From IMG/VR virus record IMGVR_UViG_3300002225_000004: a DNA stretch of 64,000 bases; one strand, written 5' to 3'. Below, in pieces: positions 44,931-54,238 of this stretch. Each line of letters begins with the position of its first letter. Position 1 is the stretch's first letter. The translations under genes and the position numbers were made by a program. The stretch comes from a virus. Below the pieces are notes generated by a model. The model made no database searches. It was not told where the DNA came from and saw only the letters and a list, made by a program, of their open reading frames with translations.

Positions 44931-47303
44931 TTATTTAATTGTTTCGCGTTGGTTTTCGAGAAGGATCTTAGCCATCTCTTCTTTGTGTTCATTGGCCATT
45001 TCTTGTTTAGCCAAAGAGTGTTTCATTTCAAGCTCCTGCTCTTTGAGTGAGCCGCGCTGCTGTGTCTTAAACTGATTGCGCTGCTCCTGTGCTTGCGCTT
45101 GCGCTGACTTAAGCCTCATGTCATGCTGATCTTTCGGGCTAATGCCTGGGTTGTTCTGCTTCGCTTCCTCCTCACGCCTTGCGACTTCCTTGCTTGAAGC
45201 ATAAGAGATCTGATCAATGACCTTCTTCCGGCCCTTCATGTCAACAAGATAGTCTTCGGCTTGTCCTTTAAGGACTGGATCTTTTAACAGCGCATCCACA
45301 TGAAGCAGAATGTGCGTATAAAGATTGATAGTATATTCATATGTAGCTACCACATCAAGCTCGCCAGCTCTAAGCTTATCAAAGACTTGATCTAGTTTAC
45401 CGGAATGATTCTCGTAATGAATAACATGATCGTCTGTCTCGCTGAACGAAACTTCATTCGTTGTCCAGAACATATCATTCTCGATAAGGGCAACACGGGT
45501 GTCATCAAACGAGCGGAACTTATCAGTAATGATTGGAACCATGATGTTGATCTCGCGGATAGAAAACCCCTCAGTCACAAGCATCATACGCTTAATCCTG
45601 TTCCTCGCATACGGAGTCTCTGCTAGCTGCATTGCCGTCTGTAACGATGAGATGCTCATGTTCACGATGTCAATCGTGTATCCATCTACTAGCTTGATAA
45701 GATCCTTTACGTCTGCATCATCCTCGCAGATGTCTGGCAGGTTTTGCTTAAGCAGCTTAAAGAACTTGCGCCTAGCATTGAATCCAGCCGATCCCTTCTT
45801 AGGATTCGTATCAGCCATAAGCTGGATGATATGATAGAACATTCCAGAATAATCGCGAAGCTTCACGATCTCCTTTGACACCTTTGCTCCAGCCGATTCT
45901 GCTTTTGCTAGCTGAACTTCATCGGATGTAGGTCTGCTTGATAGCTTGCCGGTAGCTTGAACATCATAGTGAGAACTTAGCTCGGAGAACTCTCTGTTCT
46001 CCGCGTTCATAATAGCTAGGTGTGACTGAATATCGTAGTTAGGCTGATGCTCAATAGGAACAAACCCCGGCTGAAGGAGAGTGAACCCTTGAGAGTGAGT
46101 GATCTTCACCTTCTCCGCTGTCTGTGTAGATGGCTGTTCAAACATAGGCGAGCCAATCAACTCAGACTTATTATTCATAGAGTTTCGCAAGCGGTTATAC
46201 CGGATGCTATTCTCAGTTGCCATCTTGCCTGCGCCTCTGGATGAGTGAATGTCTCCTGAGTTTGTGAAAGCTGAATCTTGGATGATGCGAAGTAAGTCCT
46301 TCCACTCTTTGCCTTTGTGGACACGCTTGTAAAGAAGTTCGGGGACATCATCTGCTTTATGGCCTACTCTTGTCTTTGGTTTTCCATACCAGTCGTATCC
46401 CCTTGGAATATAAACAACTGTAATATCTCCATTAGCTTCTACCTTATGGATGGCAGCTATGTTAAGGTCTTCCGTTTGAGCCACTACAGTTCCTGGCGAC
46501 TCAGTGTATAGCGGTAAGATGTCTGCCCAGTCCTCATACGTTCCGTTCTTTTCCTTTCGCCCTGAATATAACTTAGTCAGAATCTCACCAAGAGCCTTCT
46601 CGTTCCAATGATACTTAATTTCAGGAACCTCCTCGCCAACCTCCTGCTTGCTTTTCTGGATAGTCTTCTTGTTTCTGATCCTTATGTATGTGTCATATAG
46701 ATCGATGGCTCTTTCTGTCCTGAAGATTACCCATGTCGCCACCTCTTTGGCTGTTGTCCCCGGAGGGAACGCGATGTTTGATACATCAACCGGATCAGGA
46801 ACCCAAGTATTCTCCTTCCATACTACCGGCGAGTATCCAAATGTATATGAGAAGTATTCAATCCTATTCGCCCAAACATAAAAGTCTCCCTCTTCCTCAA
46901 TTGCCCTAGCAAAACAATACCCAATAGTAGATGAGACCGATCCCCTTAGATTAATATCATAAAGGAATTGTTTCTTCGGGTCTGATCTGTATTCCTCTTT
47001 AGGTAATACGAACTCAGGAGATCCTACCGACATCGCATTCTTAAGGCTTCTTACATTCTCTGATACGTTCTTCTCGATCTGAGCCTTGCCTTTCCCGTAG
47101 TTCCAGTTGGATGCCCATGACAATCCTTGCTTCTTTAGCTTGGCGGATGGGATTGGCTTCTTGCCTTCTAGGTGATCTCTAATTGATTTGTATAATTCCC
47201 ACTGAAACTTATGACTCTTCTCTGCTTCACGGACAATGTTAGTAGCGGATGCGTATGTAGGGATGGAGTCATTTACATACTTCAATAATAGTTCTTCGCT
47301 CAT
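44931..47303 (-). CDS. Portal protein
   Basis: 790 aa downstream of the terminase; Q/K-rich coiled-coil C-terminus typical of podovirus portals. Confidence 0.7.
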   Translation of the reverse strand: MSEELLLKYVNDSIPTYASATNIVREAEKSHKFQWELYKSIRDHLEGKKPIPSAKLKKQGLSWASNWNYGKGKAQIEKNVSENVRSLKNAMSVGSPEFVLPKEEYRSDPKKQFLYDINLRGSVSSTIGYCFARAIEEEGDFYVWANRIEYFSYTFGYSPVVWKENTWVPDPVDVSNIAFPPGTTAKEVATWVIFRTERAIDLYDTYIRIRNKKTIQKSKQEVGEEVPEIKYHWNEKALGEILTKLYSGRKEKNGTYEDWADILPLYTESPGTVVAQTEDLNIAAIHKVEANGDITVVYIPRGYDWYGKPKTRVGHKADDVPELLYKRVHKGKEWKDLLRIIQDSAFTNSGDIHSSRGAGKMATENSIRYNRLRNSMNNKSELIGSPMFEQPSTQTAEKVKITHSQGFTLLQPGFVPIEHQPNYDIQSHLAIMNAENREFSELSSHYDVQATGKLSSRPTSDEVQLAKAESAGAKVSKEIVKLRDYSGMFYHIIQLMADTNPKKGSAGFNARRKFFKLLKQNLPDICEDDADVKDLIKLVDGYTIDIVNMSISSLQTAMQLAETPYARNRIKRMMLVTEGFSIREINIMVPIITDKFRSFDDTRVALIENDMFWTTNEVSFSETDDHVIHYENHSGKLDQVFDKLRAGELDVVATYEYTINLYTHILLHVDALLKDPVLKGQAEDYLVDMKGRKKVIDQISYASSKEVARREEEAKQNNPGISPKDQHDMRLKSAQAQAQEQRNQFKTQQRGSLKEQELEMKHSLAKQEMANEHKEEMAKILLENQRETIK

Positions 47304-47316
47304 GGTATAAATAATA

Positions 47317-47868
47317 TTATTTTTTAATCCAGCAATTATCTGGTCTCATCTGACTTTGAATGGGATCATCGTCCGGTAGATATTCTTTGTTCGTAGCCAG
47401 TAGCAATGGAAGGCTGCATCCACACACGCCACAAAACTGGGTCTTCATCTTTGGGTTGAATACCAGTTGCTTTTTAGTTAATCTCCTTGCATCATTCAGC
47501 ATCATCGTAGCCTTTCCGAGTCCACCGCACCCAGTGCAGAAGGTGCTAGTATCTCTTAATGGACAATTCTGACATATTTCTTGCCGTTCGTCAAGCTCTT
47601 TCTGGTCTATTGTTTTCTGACCTGCAAATCTAAACAATGCAAGTGATGCATGATATGCTTCTGAAAGCTTTGGCTTGCTGGGCTTAGTCTTCTTGAGCGG
47701 AACGAACTTAAGCTGATTGACGATGGCTTGCTTTGTGCTTTCCATCTCTGCCTTCTCGCCTTGATTAGCTAAGAATGTTACAACCTTGATGGCTATCTTA
47801 TCTACGGATGTTCCTGTGATCTTAATCTTCCGACCATTCCGTATCATTATGTATTCGTATGCATCCAT
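47317..47868 (-). CDS. Cys-rich hypothetical protein
   Basis: CQNCP..CTGCGG..CGVCGC..CW; start moved to MDAYEY. Confidence 0.65.
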   Translation of the reverse strand: MDAYEYIMIRNGRKIKITGTSVDKIAIKVVTFLANQGEKAEMESTKQAIVNQLKFVPLKKTKPSKPKLSEAYHASLALFRFAGQKTIDQKELDERQEICQNCPLRDTSTFCTGCGGLGKATMMLNDARRLTKKQLVFNPKMKTQFCGVCGCSLPLLLATNKEYLPDDDPIQSQMRPDNCWIKK

Positions 47869-47869
47869 T

Positions 47870-49969
47870 TTAGTATTCTGGTAGTAGGTCATCCTCATAC
47901 ATCTCACGATGCATATCCATTTCCTCCTCGTAATCTAATTCTTCCATCGGCTCCTCACCTTGATCTGTGATGGGGGAGATCGGGAAGTGCCTATATGTAA
48001 ACATATAGTATGCCGCCATGATCCATACATCCATTACGTCTGGCGAGAACCTGAATTGATTCTTGAATTCTTTCTTTGAGTTAAGACTGAACAGCTCTCC
48101 ATACTTCTGAGAGATATGCGTATGATACTTACGGGAAAACATCTCCTCTTCAATGCCATTGTTCGCTATAAACTGTAGCATATCATCATTCAATCCTCTA
48201 ACCTTACTAGCTTGAACATACTCTTTAAGTAACCATGCGCCAAATGACATCATGTTTAAAGCTACTTCATGCGCGTGCAATCTATTCTCTGGGTCTGGAT
48301 TCACCAACACCTTGCTCTCTCGTCTTCCAGTCTTAGGATCTTTCTTCTTCCCGTCCGGTAATGCTTGATGGAAGATAAACTGCTTAGTATTAAACCCGCT
48401 CGCAGCCATGATCTCCGCCTGTGCCGGTCTCCCAGACCAGTCAAGAATTAGATTGCCTGACTTAACTCCCCTGTTCTTGGCTCTGTTAATCATGTATGCC
48501 GCTGACTCAGTATAGTATTTGAGGGCGTCAGATGTCTTTAAGTTCTCTGTAATCTGTGACACCCCCCACACCCGTATCTTATGCTTTCGGTCTATGCCAT
48601 CATGAAATTCTCCTAGGACATTGCGGTCTCCTTCTCCTTGAGCGGAATCAAATGAGAAGAACTTATGTAATACAGATGATAAGTCTAGTGGTAGGTCGCA
48701 GCTAGTCTCCTTTACTAACGATTGAGTAAGGACTGTATCGCTGTCGGCATTGACAATACGCCATCCTAGCCAGAATCTACGGTATTGTTTATTCTCGATA
48801 GTCCTTGACGCTAGTCTAGGGTATAGTCTGCTAAGCTTCTTCTCACTAGGTAGGTATGGATACAGCTTTGCCCCCTCCTTTGTCATGGCTGGAGATCTGT
48901 TATTAGAGAAGTGCATCACGATAGCAGGCTGGTGGTTCACTAGATAAGCAATCCACTGGCATGTCTCATCAGTTACCGTGTCCCATCCTGTAGAAGGCTT
49001 AGCGTTCTTGCCTAATGTATCCGTGTCTTCGTTGTAGTTACCGGTAAGCATCACGCGATAGTCCCCCGCGTGCATAGTATAGTTGGATGCTGAAGTGATC
49101 GGGGCCTCTGGAGTGGACTGAGCCTCGTCCATGATGTATCCGATATAAGGGTGACCGTGCGTTCCGGTCAGCTTATCAATAACTCCTGAGTCATCGATCC
49201 TGTCACCAAGCAGAATGCCCTTGAATACACCAGCAATGTCCCTAGTTCCTGGCCTTTTGATTGTGTGATCTCCTGCGATTACCCCCTGACCAGCACTAAG
49301 ACTGATCTCTTTCTCTGTAGATTGAATGAGTTGCTGTAGATAAGACCATGATGCGGAGTTAAGCTTGTCCTTTGATACTGTAGAGATCATACAACGAGCC
49401 CCCTTCTGGGTGAACATATAGTAATCCCATATAACCAGATTGAATGCTAGGAATACAAGCGTCTTTCCTTGTCCGCCACCACCGAAAGCAATGAGGAACT
49501 TATACTTCTCATCCGAAAATGCGGTGGCTTTCTCCTCCATCCAAGGGTCTCGCACTAGCGGACCACGGTATGATCCCTTCATTAGGGAGCTTGGCCATCT
49601 TAATTCACATGCTCCATATAGGAAGTCAACCCTCTCCATTCCATATATGGAGTTGGTTGCTACTATCTCATCAGCTCTATCACTTAATGTCTGGTTGTTA
49701 TCCTTGATCGCCATCTTTCTAAGGATGACAACCTCATCATTGAGGATTTGTCGGAAGTTAATCCAGCAATATACCAGTAAATCATACTGGCTAGCAAAAG
49801 GATTAGGCTCATAGAACCTATCGAACTGGTCTATCTTGTGCTTGTTTGCTTTATAGAATGCATTATAATGCTCTCGAATCGCATAGCTATTGAAGGCAAA
49901 GATGTTACCTATGCCCTTGTTATGCGCTTCGAGTGACGCTTGGAACCAGCGCTCTTTAAGATGCTTCAT
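47870..49969 (-). CDS. terL: Terminase large subunit
   Basis: GGGGQGKT Walker A, YIMDEA Walker B, FSFDSAQGEGD and SPDVMD nuclease motifs. Confidence 0.88.
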   Translation of the reverse strand: MKHLKERWFQASLEAHNKGIGNIFAFNSYAIREHYNAFYKANKHKIDQFDRFYEPNPFASQYDLLVYCWINFRQILNDEVVILRKMAIKDNNQTLSDRADEIVATNSIYGMERVDFLYGACELRWPSSLMKGSYRGPLVRDPWMEEKATAFSDEKYKFLIAFGGGGQGKTLVFLAFNLVIWDYYMFTQKGARCMISTVSKDKLNSASWSYLQQLIQSTEKEISLSAGQGVIAGDHTIKRPGTRDIAGVFKGILLGDRIDDSGVIDKLTGTHGHPYIGYIMDEAQSTPEAPITSASNYTMHAGDYRVMLTGNYNEDTDTLGKNAKPSTGWDTVTDETCQWIAYLVNHQPAIVMHFSNNRSPAMTKEGAKLYPYLPSEKKLSRLYPRLASRTIENKQYRRFWLGWRIVNADSDTVLTQSLVKETSCDLPLDLSSVLHKFFSFDSAQGEGDRNVLGEFHDGIDRKHKIRVWGVSQITENLKTSDALKYYTESAAYMINRAKNRGVKSGNLILDWSGRPAQAEIMAASGFNTKQFIFHQALPDGKKKDPKTGRRESKVLVNPDPENRLHAHEVALNMMSFGAWLLKEYVQASKVRGLNDDMLQFIANNGIEEEMFSRKYHTHISQKYGELFSLNSKKEFKNQFRFSPDVMDVWIMAAYYMFTYRHFPISPITDQGEEPMEELDYEEEMDMHREMYEDDLLPEY

Positions 49970-49983
49970 TAAATAATATTATT

Positions 49984-50169
49984 TTAATCCCAGTATTCTT
50001 CTTGGTTCTCAAATCTCCTCACCATGCGCTGAATAGACTTAAGGTTCTTGCGGCAGGCACCTCTATGGTTCTCGTCCATAGCACGTATAGCCCTGCCTGA
50101 GCAGTCTGAAATAATCTTGATTAGGTGATCTATAGTTATCTCCTCCTTTATGTTATCTTCGTCGCTCAT
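49984..50169 (-). CDS. Small hypothetical protein
   Basis: Overlap-coupled ORF. Confidence 0.55.
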   Translation of the reverse strand: MSDEDNIKEEITIDHLIKIISDCSGRAIRAMDENHRGACRKNLKSIQRMVRRFENQEEYWD

Positions 50170-50855
50170 TTAATATGCGGTTTGAATGCTTGAAGTATCT
50201 CAAAGCATTCTGATGAGAAAGAGAAGTTTGGATGGAACATGATATTGTCTATCATCCACTTCATCTCCTCTCTGTAATGGTGGTTGAAGTGTCCAGCCTT
50301 TCGCATGTCCATCTTCCTCCCTTGAATGGTAAGCTTGTCCTTGTCTGAATACCAATTGAATCCACAGATATGAATCTTTGGATTCCAGTTACGCTGGAAC
50401 TTAATCAATTGATAGATGTGCCATACCGCTGTAAGTCCTACCGACGGGATCGGATGCTGGTCACCAAGAGAATCAAGCCCAAGGGCATCGCATAACTCCA
50501 TATTAACATACGGGTTAAGCACGAATGGCGCTGATTTCGGATACCATTTATTAAGTTTCCGTGGTATATCTTTTGCATGGAATGGAAATGGTATAGCTAT
50601 TACTGTTGTTGCTGGCTCTGCTCCTGTTGAATGAAGATCGAATGTAGAGAATAGCGTGTCACACCTGAATCTCTCTGCTGTGTATTCTATCTTCTCCCTA
50701 GTTGCATAGTTATTAAACCTTACTACGCAGTCGCACTGGTTAATGACTTCATTGTCACTAGGTGATATGCCGCCATTACCAACTATAGCAATAGTTTTTG
50801 CATTATTAAACGCCCTAGATGAGAGGGTATTAATCCTTCTTATTGTTCTGTTCAT
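50166..50855 (-). CDS. GT29 (sialyltransferase L-motif)-like glycosyltransferase
   Basis: IAIVGNGG...IN.CDCVVRFNN...PSVGL...ICGF..Y...H. Confidence 0.7.
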   Translation of the reverse strand: MNRTIRRINTLSSRAFNNAKTIAIVGNGGISPSDNEVINQCDCVVRFNNYATREKIEYTAERFRCDTLFSTFDLHSTGAEPATTVIAIPFPFHAKDIPRKLNKWYPKSAPFVLNPYVNMELCDALGLDSLGDQHPIPSVGLTAVWHIYQLIKFQRNWNPKIHICGFNWYSDKDKLTIQGRKMDMRKAGHFNHHYREEMKWMIDNIMFHPNFSFSSECFEILQAFKPHIK

Positions 50856-51111
50856 CTTCTCTGCGTTTAGCTATTAGCTTTAAAACCATATATCCTACCA
50901 GATCAAGCAAGACATCCTCTCCTTCTTCTGATCCTCTGGCTATTCGTGATAGCTTATCATCCATCCTTATATTAATGCCCTCGATGGGATCAGCCTTAGA
51001 GAATACCCTTACCGGATTCAATGCTGAATCCCCATAAGCTTTATTCTTTTTCAGTAAAAGCTCCTTGATTTCATCGCAAGTCGATGCGATTAATTGCTGT
51101 GTGTCAGTCAT
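50830..51111 (-). CDS. DUF1599 / nucleotide modification associated domain-like protein
   Basis: KKNKAYGDS...RMDDKLSRI...ED...DLVGY. Confidence 0.75.
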   Translation of the reverse strand: MTDTQQLIASTCDEIKELLLKKNKAYGDSALNPVRVFSKADPIEGINIRMDDKLSRIARGSEEGEDVLLDLVGYMVLKLIAKRREDEQNNKKD

Positions 51112-52136
51112 TTGAATACCTTATTAAAGAATTTGCTCCACGATTTCTTAGCTACGCTTACACCTGATGCCATAATCGCCCATTGCTTTGCTGCATCTGC
51201 TATCTCTGAGCGTAATTCAGGCTCAAACGCTAGGCGTGATGTCCAGTATATGAACTCTTGCGGTGTATTGCACCTGAATCCAGTCACCTCATGCTCAATC
51301 ATGTGCTTCCATCCACCGCGATTGTCCACTACTAGCGGAATCCCTGCGTGCATAGCCTCAAATCCTATACGTGGTAGGTTTTCTGTTGTATCCGTGGACT
51401 GAACTATGACATCACAGCTAGCATAGAAGTCTGATACCGATAATGCGTTCTGATCCCGGAAAGTCTGCACCCATCCCGGCGGCTTGCCTGTCTTTTTCTC
51501 TGATCTGCCGTCATATCCAAGGACTAGCCCGCGCTTCAGCACTGGTGCTACCGCATATTCCCAAATATGGAAAGTATTCTTGGCGAACTTGTCCGTATCC
51601 TGCCTAGATATACGACCAATTGTAAACCTGTCGTCTACTCTTAGGTTTTCGTTAGGCGATTCCTTGTGATAGAAGTATGGATTGAACAATATGAACTCAG
51701 CTTGCGAGTTGAAGTCGTTTCTCAGTATAGCTTTGTGCGGTTCAAGCACCCCTTGCCTCTGATATAGGGAATATTTAATAAGTCCATCCCTGTGCATCTT
51801 CTTTTCATTGTCGAAAAGGAAGGTCATGCAGTTGATGAACGCAGTTTTCTTGGTGTGCTTGTTGATTAGCGGCAGATCCTCTAGGAATTCCTTCCCGCAG
51901 AAGTTCATTACTAGATCATCTTCAGTAACTAGGGAGTAATCCCTTGCTTTGTCGGCGTATTTAACGCCCAAGTCTAGCATCTCTTGCCTTAGCGGCTCGC
52001 CTTTAAAGCCTTCCATGGATGGGATGATGGTAACATCCAAATCCATGTGCTTTCTCCAAAGGATTATCTGGTGGTGTAGCTCTGATCCTGCTCCCCCATA
52101 TAGCCCAGGATGGCCAACAATAAATATCTTACTCAT
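51108..52136 (-). CDS. GT-B (GT4-like) glycosyltransferase
   Basis: GGAGSE; FYASCDVIVQST..ENLPRIGFEAMHAGIPLV. Confidence 0.88.
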   Translation of the reverse strand: MSKIFIVGHPGLYGGAGSELHHQIILWRKHMDLDVTIIPSMEGFKGEPLRQEMLDLGVKYADKARDYSLVTEDDLVMNFCGKEFLEDLPLINKHTKKTAFINCMTFLFDNEKKMHRDGLIKYSLYQRQGVLEPHKAILRNDFNSQAEFILFNPYFYHKESPNENLRVDDRFTIGRISRQDTDKFAKNTFHIWEYAVAPVLKRGLVLGYDGRSEKKTGKPPGWVQTFRDQNALSVSDFYASCDVIVQSTDTTENLPRIGFEAMHAGIPLVVDNRGGWKHMIEHEVTGFRCNTPQEFIYWTSRLAFEPELRSEIADAAKQWAIMASGVSVAKKSWSKFFNKVFK

Positions 52137-52152
52137 TAATGTGTAAATTTAC

Positions 52153-52171
52153 GGGCTAGGTTTACTAGCCC
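52153..52171 (-). terminator. Weak hairpin or terminator
   Basis: GGGCTAG-gttta-CTAGCCC. Confidence 0.35.
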
Positions 52172-52178
52172 AGTTATG

Positions 52179-52778
52179 TTATGCTGTGATTTCTTCTAGT
52201 GGTGGTGGTTCTGGTCTAGGGTCTTTGGCTCCAAGGGGGATTCTCTTTCCTTCTACAATGCGGTAAAATGATAAGTCGTCCGTGTCATCATTTCTTACAA
52301 CCTGATACACCGTGCCTAGTTCATCCTTCCATTGAACTACAATTCCGTTACCGCATCTTCCAATGTAATAGGTTTGACCGTTACTTGCTTCTACCGGCAT
52401 GGCAATACAGTCAGGAATCAGAACGACTGGTGGGTGGATATGCTCACAGCCTCCGAAGAAAAGGGACGCCGGGATCAAAAGGATAAGCCACAAGATATGG
52501 AATGATCCATCTTGCTTTCCATTATCCAGTAGATCTCCTAGCCACATCACTGCCTGCTTGGCAGACATGCACATCAGCCCTACAAACGTAATCCATCCGG
52601 CTACATTCTCGGGAAGTAACGCTGCAACCCCTGCTAGGTTGAGCGTTCCAATTGCAGCCAAGATGCCTCCGACCATTGAGAGAATCCTCAACGCTTGGAT
52701 TTTAAAGCGAGCTGCTTCGACTTTCATTTTATCTGTAATCTCCTCTGGAGATAACTTTGTTTCTTCTTTGTTGTCCAT
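52179..52778 (-). CDS. Membrane protein: two TM helices plus an internal lipobox-like segment
   Basis: TM segments; ILWLILLIPASLFFGGC. Confidence 0.65.
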   Translation of the reverse strand: MDNKEETKLSPEEITDKMKVEAARFKIQALRILSMVGGILAAIGTLNLAGVAALLPENVAGWITFVGLMCMSAKQAVMWLGDLLDNGKQDGSFHILWLILLIPASLFFGGCEHIHPPVVLIPDCIAMPVEASNGQTYYIGRCGNGIVVQWKDELGTVYQVVRNDDTDDLSFYRIVEGKRIPLGAKDPRPEPPPLEEITA

Positions 52779-52809
52779 TGTTTCTATTGGTGGGAAAATA
52801 ATATTATTT

Positions 52810-54084
52810 TTACGGACTGCCTGAGACTCCTACTTCCAAAAGCGTTGATACGGAAGCGTCGGCATCGGACAAAAGGATCTGCTGATTGAGGTGCCATCCA
52901 TCGAGAGATCCGTGGTAAGCTCCATTTACTACGGTCGTAAAGCAGGAGACAAGAACTAGATCTCCTCCAATGACCATCATCACGGGCATTCCTGAATCGC
53001 CAGTCTTGATTAAGACCCCTGCCCACGGCCAATTCTCAACAAGGAATGGTGGAGCTGAAGCGCCTTGACCAACACTAATGTATCGCGTGTATCCTAAGTT
53101 GTCCTCGAAAGGATTTCCATTAATCGTTCCATGATACACAAATGTTTGATAAGTCCCATCATTGTTCCCGATCTGCATAACAGATGCTTTGAAATACTGA
53201 TCGAAGGATACCGCATAGCTACCAATCCAAGTCTTGATCCCGCGAGACCCATAAGGAGTAGCGGGCTTGTCAGCTAGATACTCCTTGTCTTGGACGAACC
53301 ATGACTGAGGAGCAATTGACATAGGTTTCACGGTGGAGGGAAGCGGCGAATCTAGGGTGCAAACAAGCTCATCGCCAATTCCGTCCTCTCCGATTATTCC
53401 TCCATCTCTTGGGCAAACACCAATAACTGTCCTGATGTGAATCGTTCCATCAGACCCTCTGAACTTAAACTTTGTAACGCCCTTTGTATAGAAGAATGAA
53501 GGGAAATGCCTGATGCCAATAACATGCTGCGGTGTAATTAGAGCGCCGCAATTAGCAACATAATAATTAACACCACCCGGCACGCTTGTCACTCCGACTG
53601 GAATTCCTGAAGCGTCAATCCCAGCCATCCAGCAATTAGGATTAAGAACAAACGAATCATTAAGAAGCGGACCATGGCCCGTCTGTCCACCAATATCAGA
53701 ATAAAGCTCAAGCTCAGTATTGCCGGAATTCAAGAATGGCAATAGCTCATTCAGTGATGCATCCTTAATCGATGTGTCCGATGAGGATGAAGATGAGGAA
53801 GAAGATGAGGATGAGATAGACGAAGAAGAAGATGGCGAATTGCTGGACGATGAAGAAGATGAGGAGTCTGAACTGGTAGCTCTATTTCTCGCATATCTAC
53901 ATCCATCATTGCGGAGGTAATATCCTCCATCAGACCTCAAATAATAACTAGGACAGCAATAAGTATATGCCTCAATAAGCTCATCAAATTTTACATTGAT
54001 CGCTTCCATAGAATCCTTGAGGCACTCCATCCTCTGGAGGAGCAACGCATTGGACTCTTCGTAATCATTATTAACCTTTGACAT
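52810..54084 (-). CDS. Poly-Ser linker protein with C-terminal trypsin-like serine protease domain
   Basis: GALITPQHVIGIRH, GDELVCTL, TGDSGMP; start at MSKVNN. Confidence 0.7.
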   Translation of the reverse strand: MSKVNNDYEESNALLLQRMECLKDSMEAINVKFDELIEAYTYCCPSYYLRSDGGYYLRNDGCRYARNRATSSDSSSSSSSSNSPSSSSSISSSSSSSSSSSSDTSIKDASLNELLPFLNSGNTELELYSDIGGQTGHGPLLNDSFVLNPNCWMAGIDASGIPVGVTSVPGGVNYYVANCGALITPQHVIGIRHFPSFFYTKGVTKFKFRGSDGTIHIRTVIGVCPRDGGIIGEDGIGDELVCTLDSPLPSTVKPMSIAPQSWFVQDKEYLADKPATPYGSRGIKTWIGSYAVSFDQYFKASVMQIGNNDGTYQTFVYHGTINGNPFEDNLGYTRYISVGQGASAPPFLVENWPWAGVLIKTGDSGMPVMMVIGGDLVLVSCFTTVVNGAYHGSLDGWHLNQQILLSDADASVSTLLEVGVSGSP

Positions 54085-54085
54085 A

Positions 54086-54238
54086 TTACGGAATGCTAGA
54101 TGATGATGGTGATTCGCAGCAATATGAATACGCTTCAATCAGCTCATCAAATTGGCTGTCAATGATTTCCATGATGTCCTTCAAGCACTCCATGCGCTCT
54201 AGGATTAGGTCGTCTCCTTCTTGTGTCAGCTCAGGCAT
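54086..54238 (-). CDS. Small paralog of the N-terminal coil-Cys module (50 aa)
   Basis: ERMECLKDIME..FDELIEAYSYCC matches the next gene; TAATG overlap. Confidence 0.6.
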   Translation of the reverse strand: MPELTQEGDDLILERMECLKDIMEIIDSQFDELIEAYSYCCESPSSSSIP

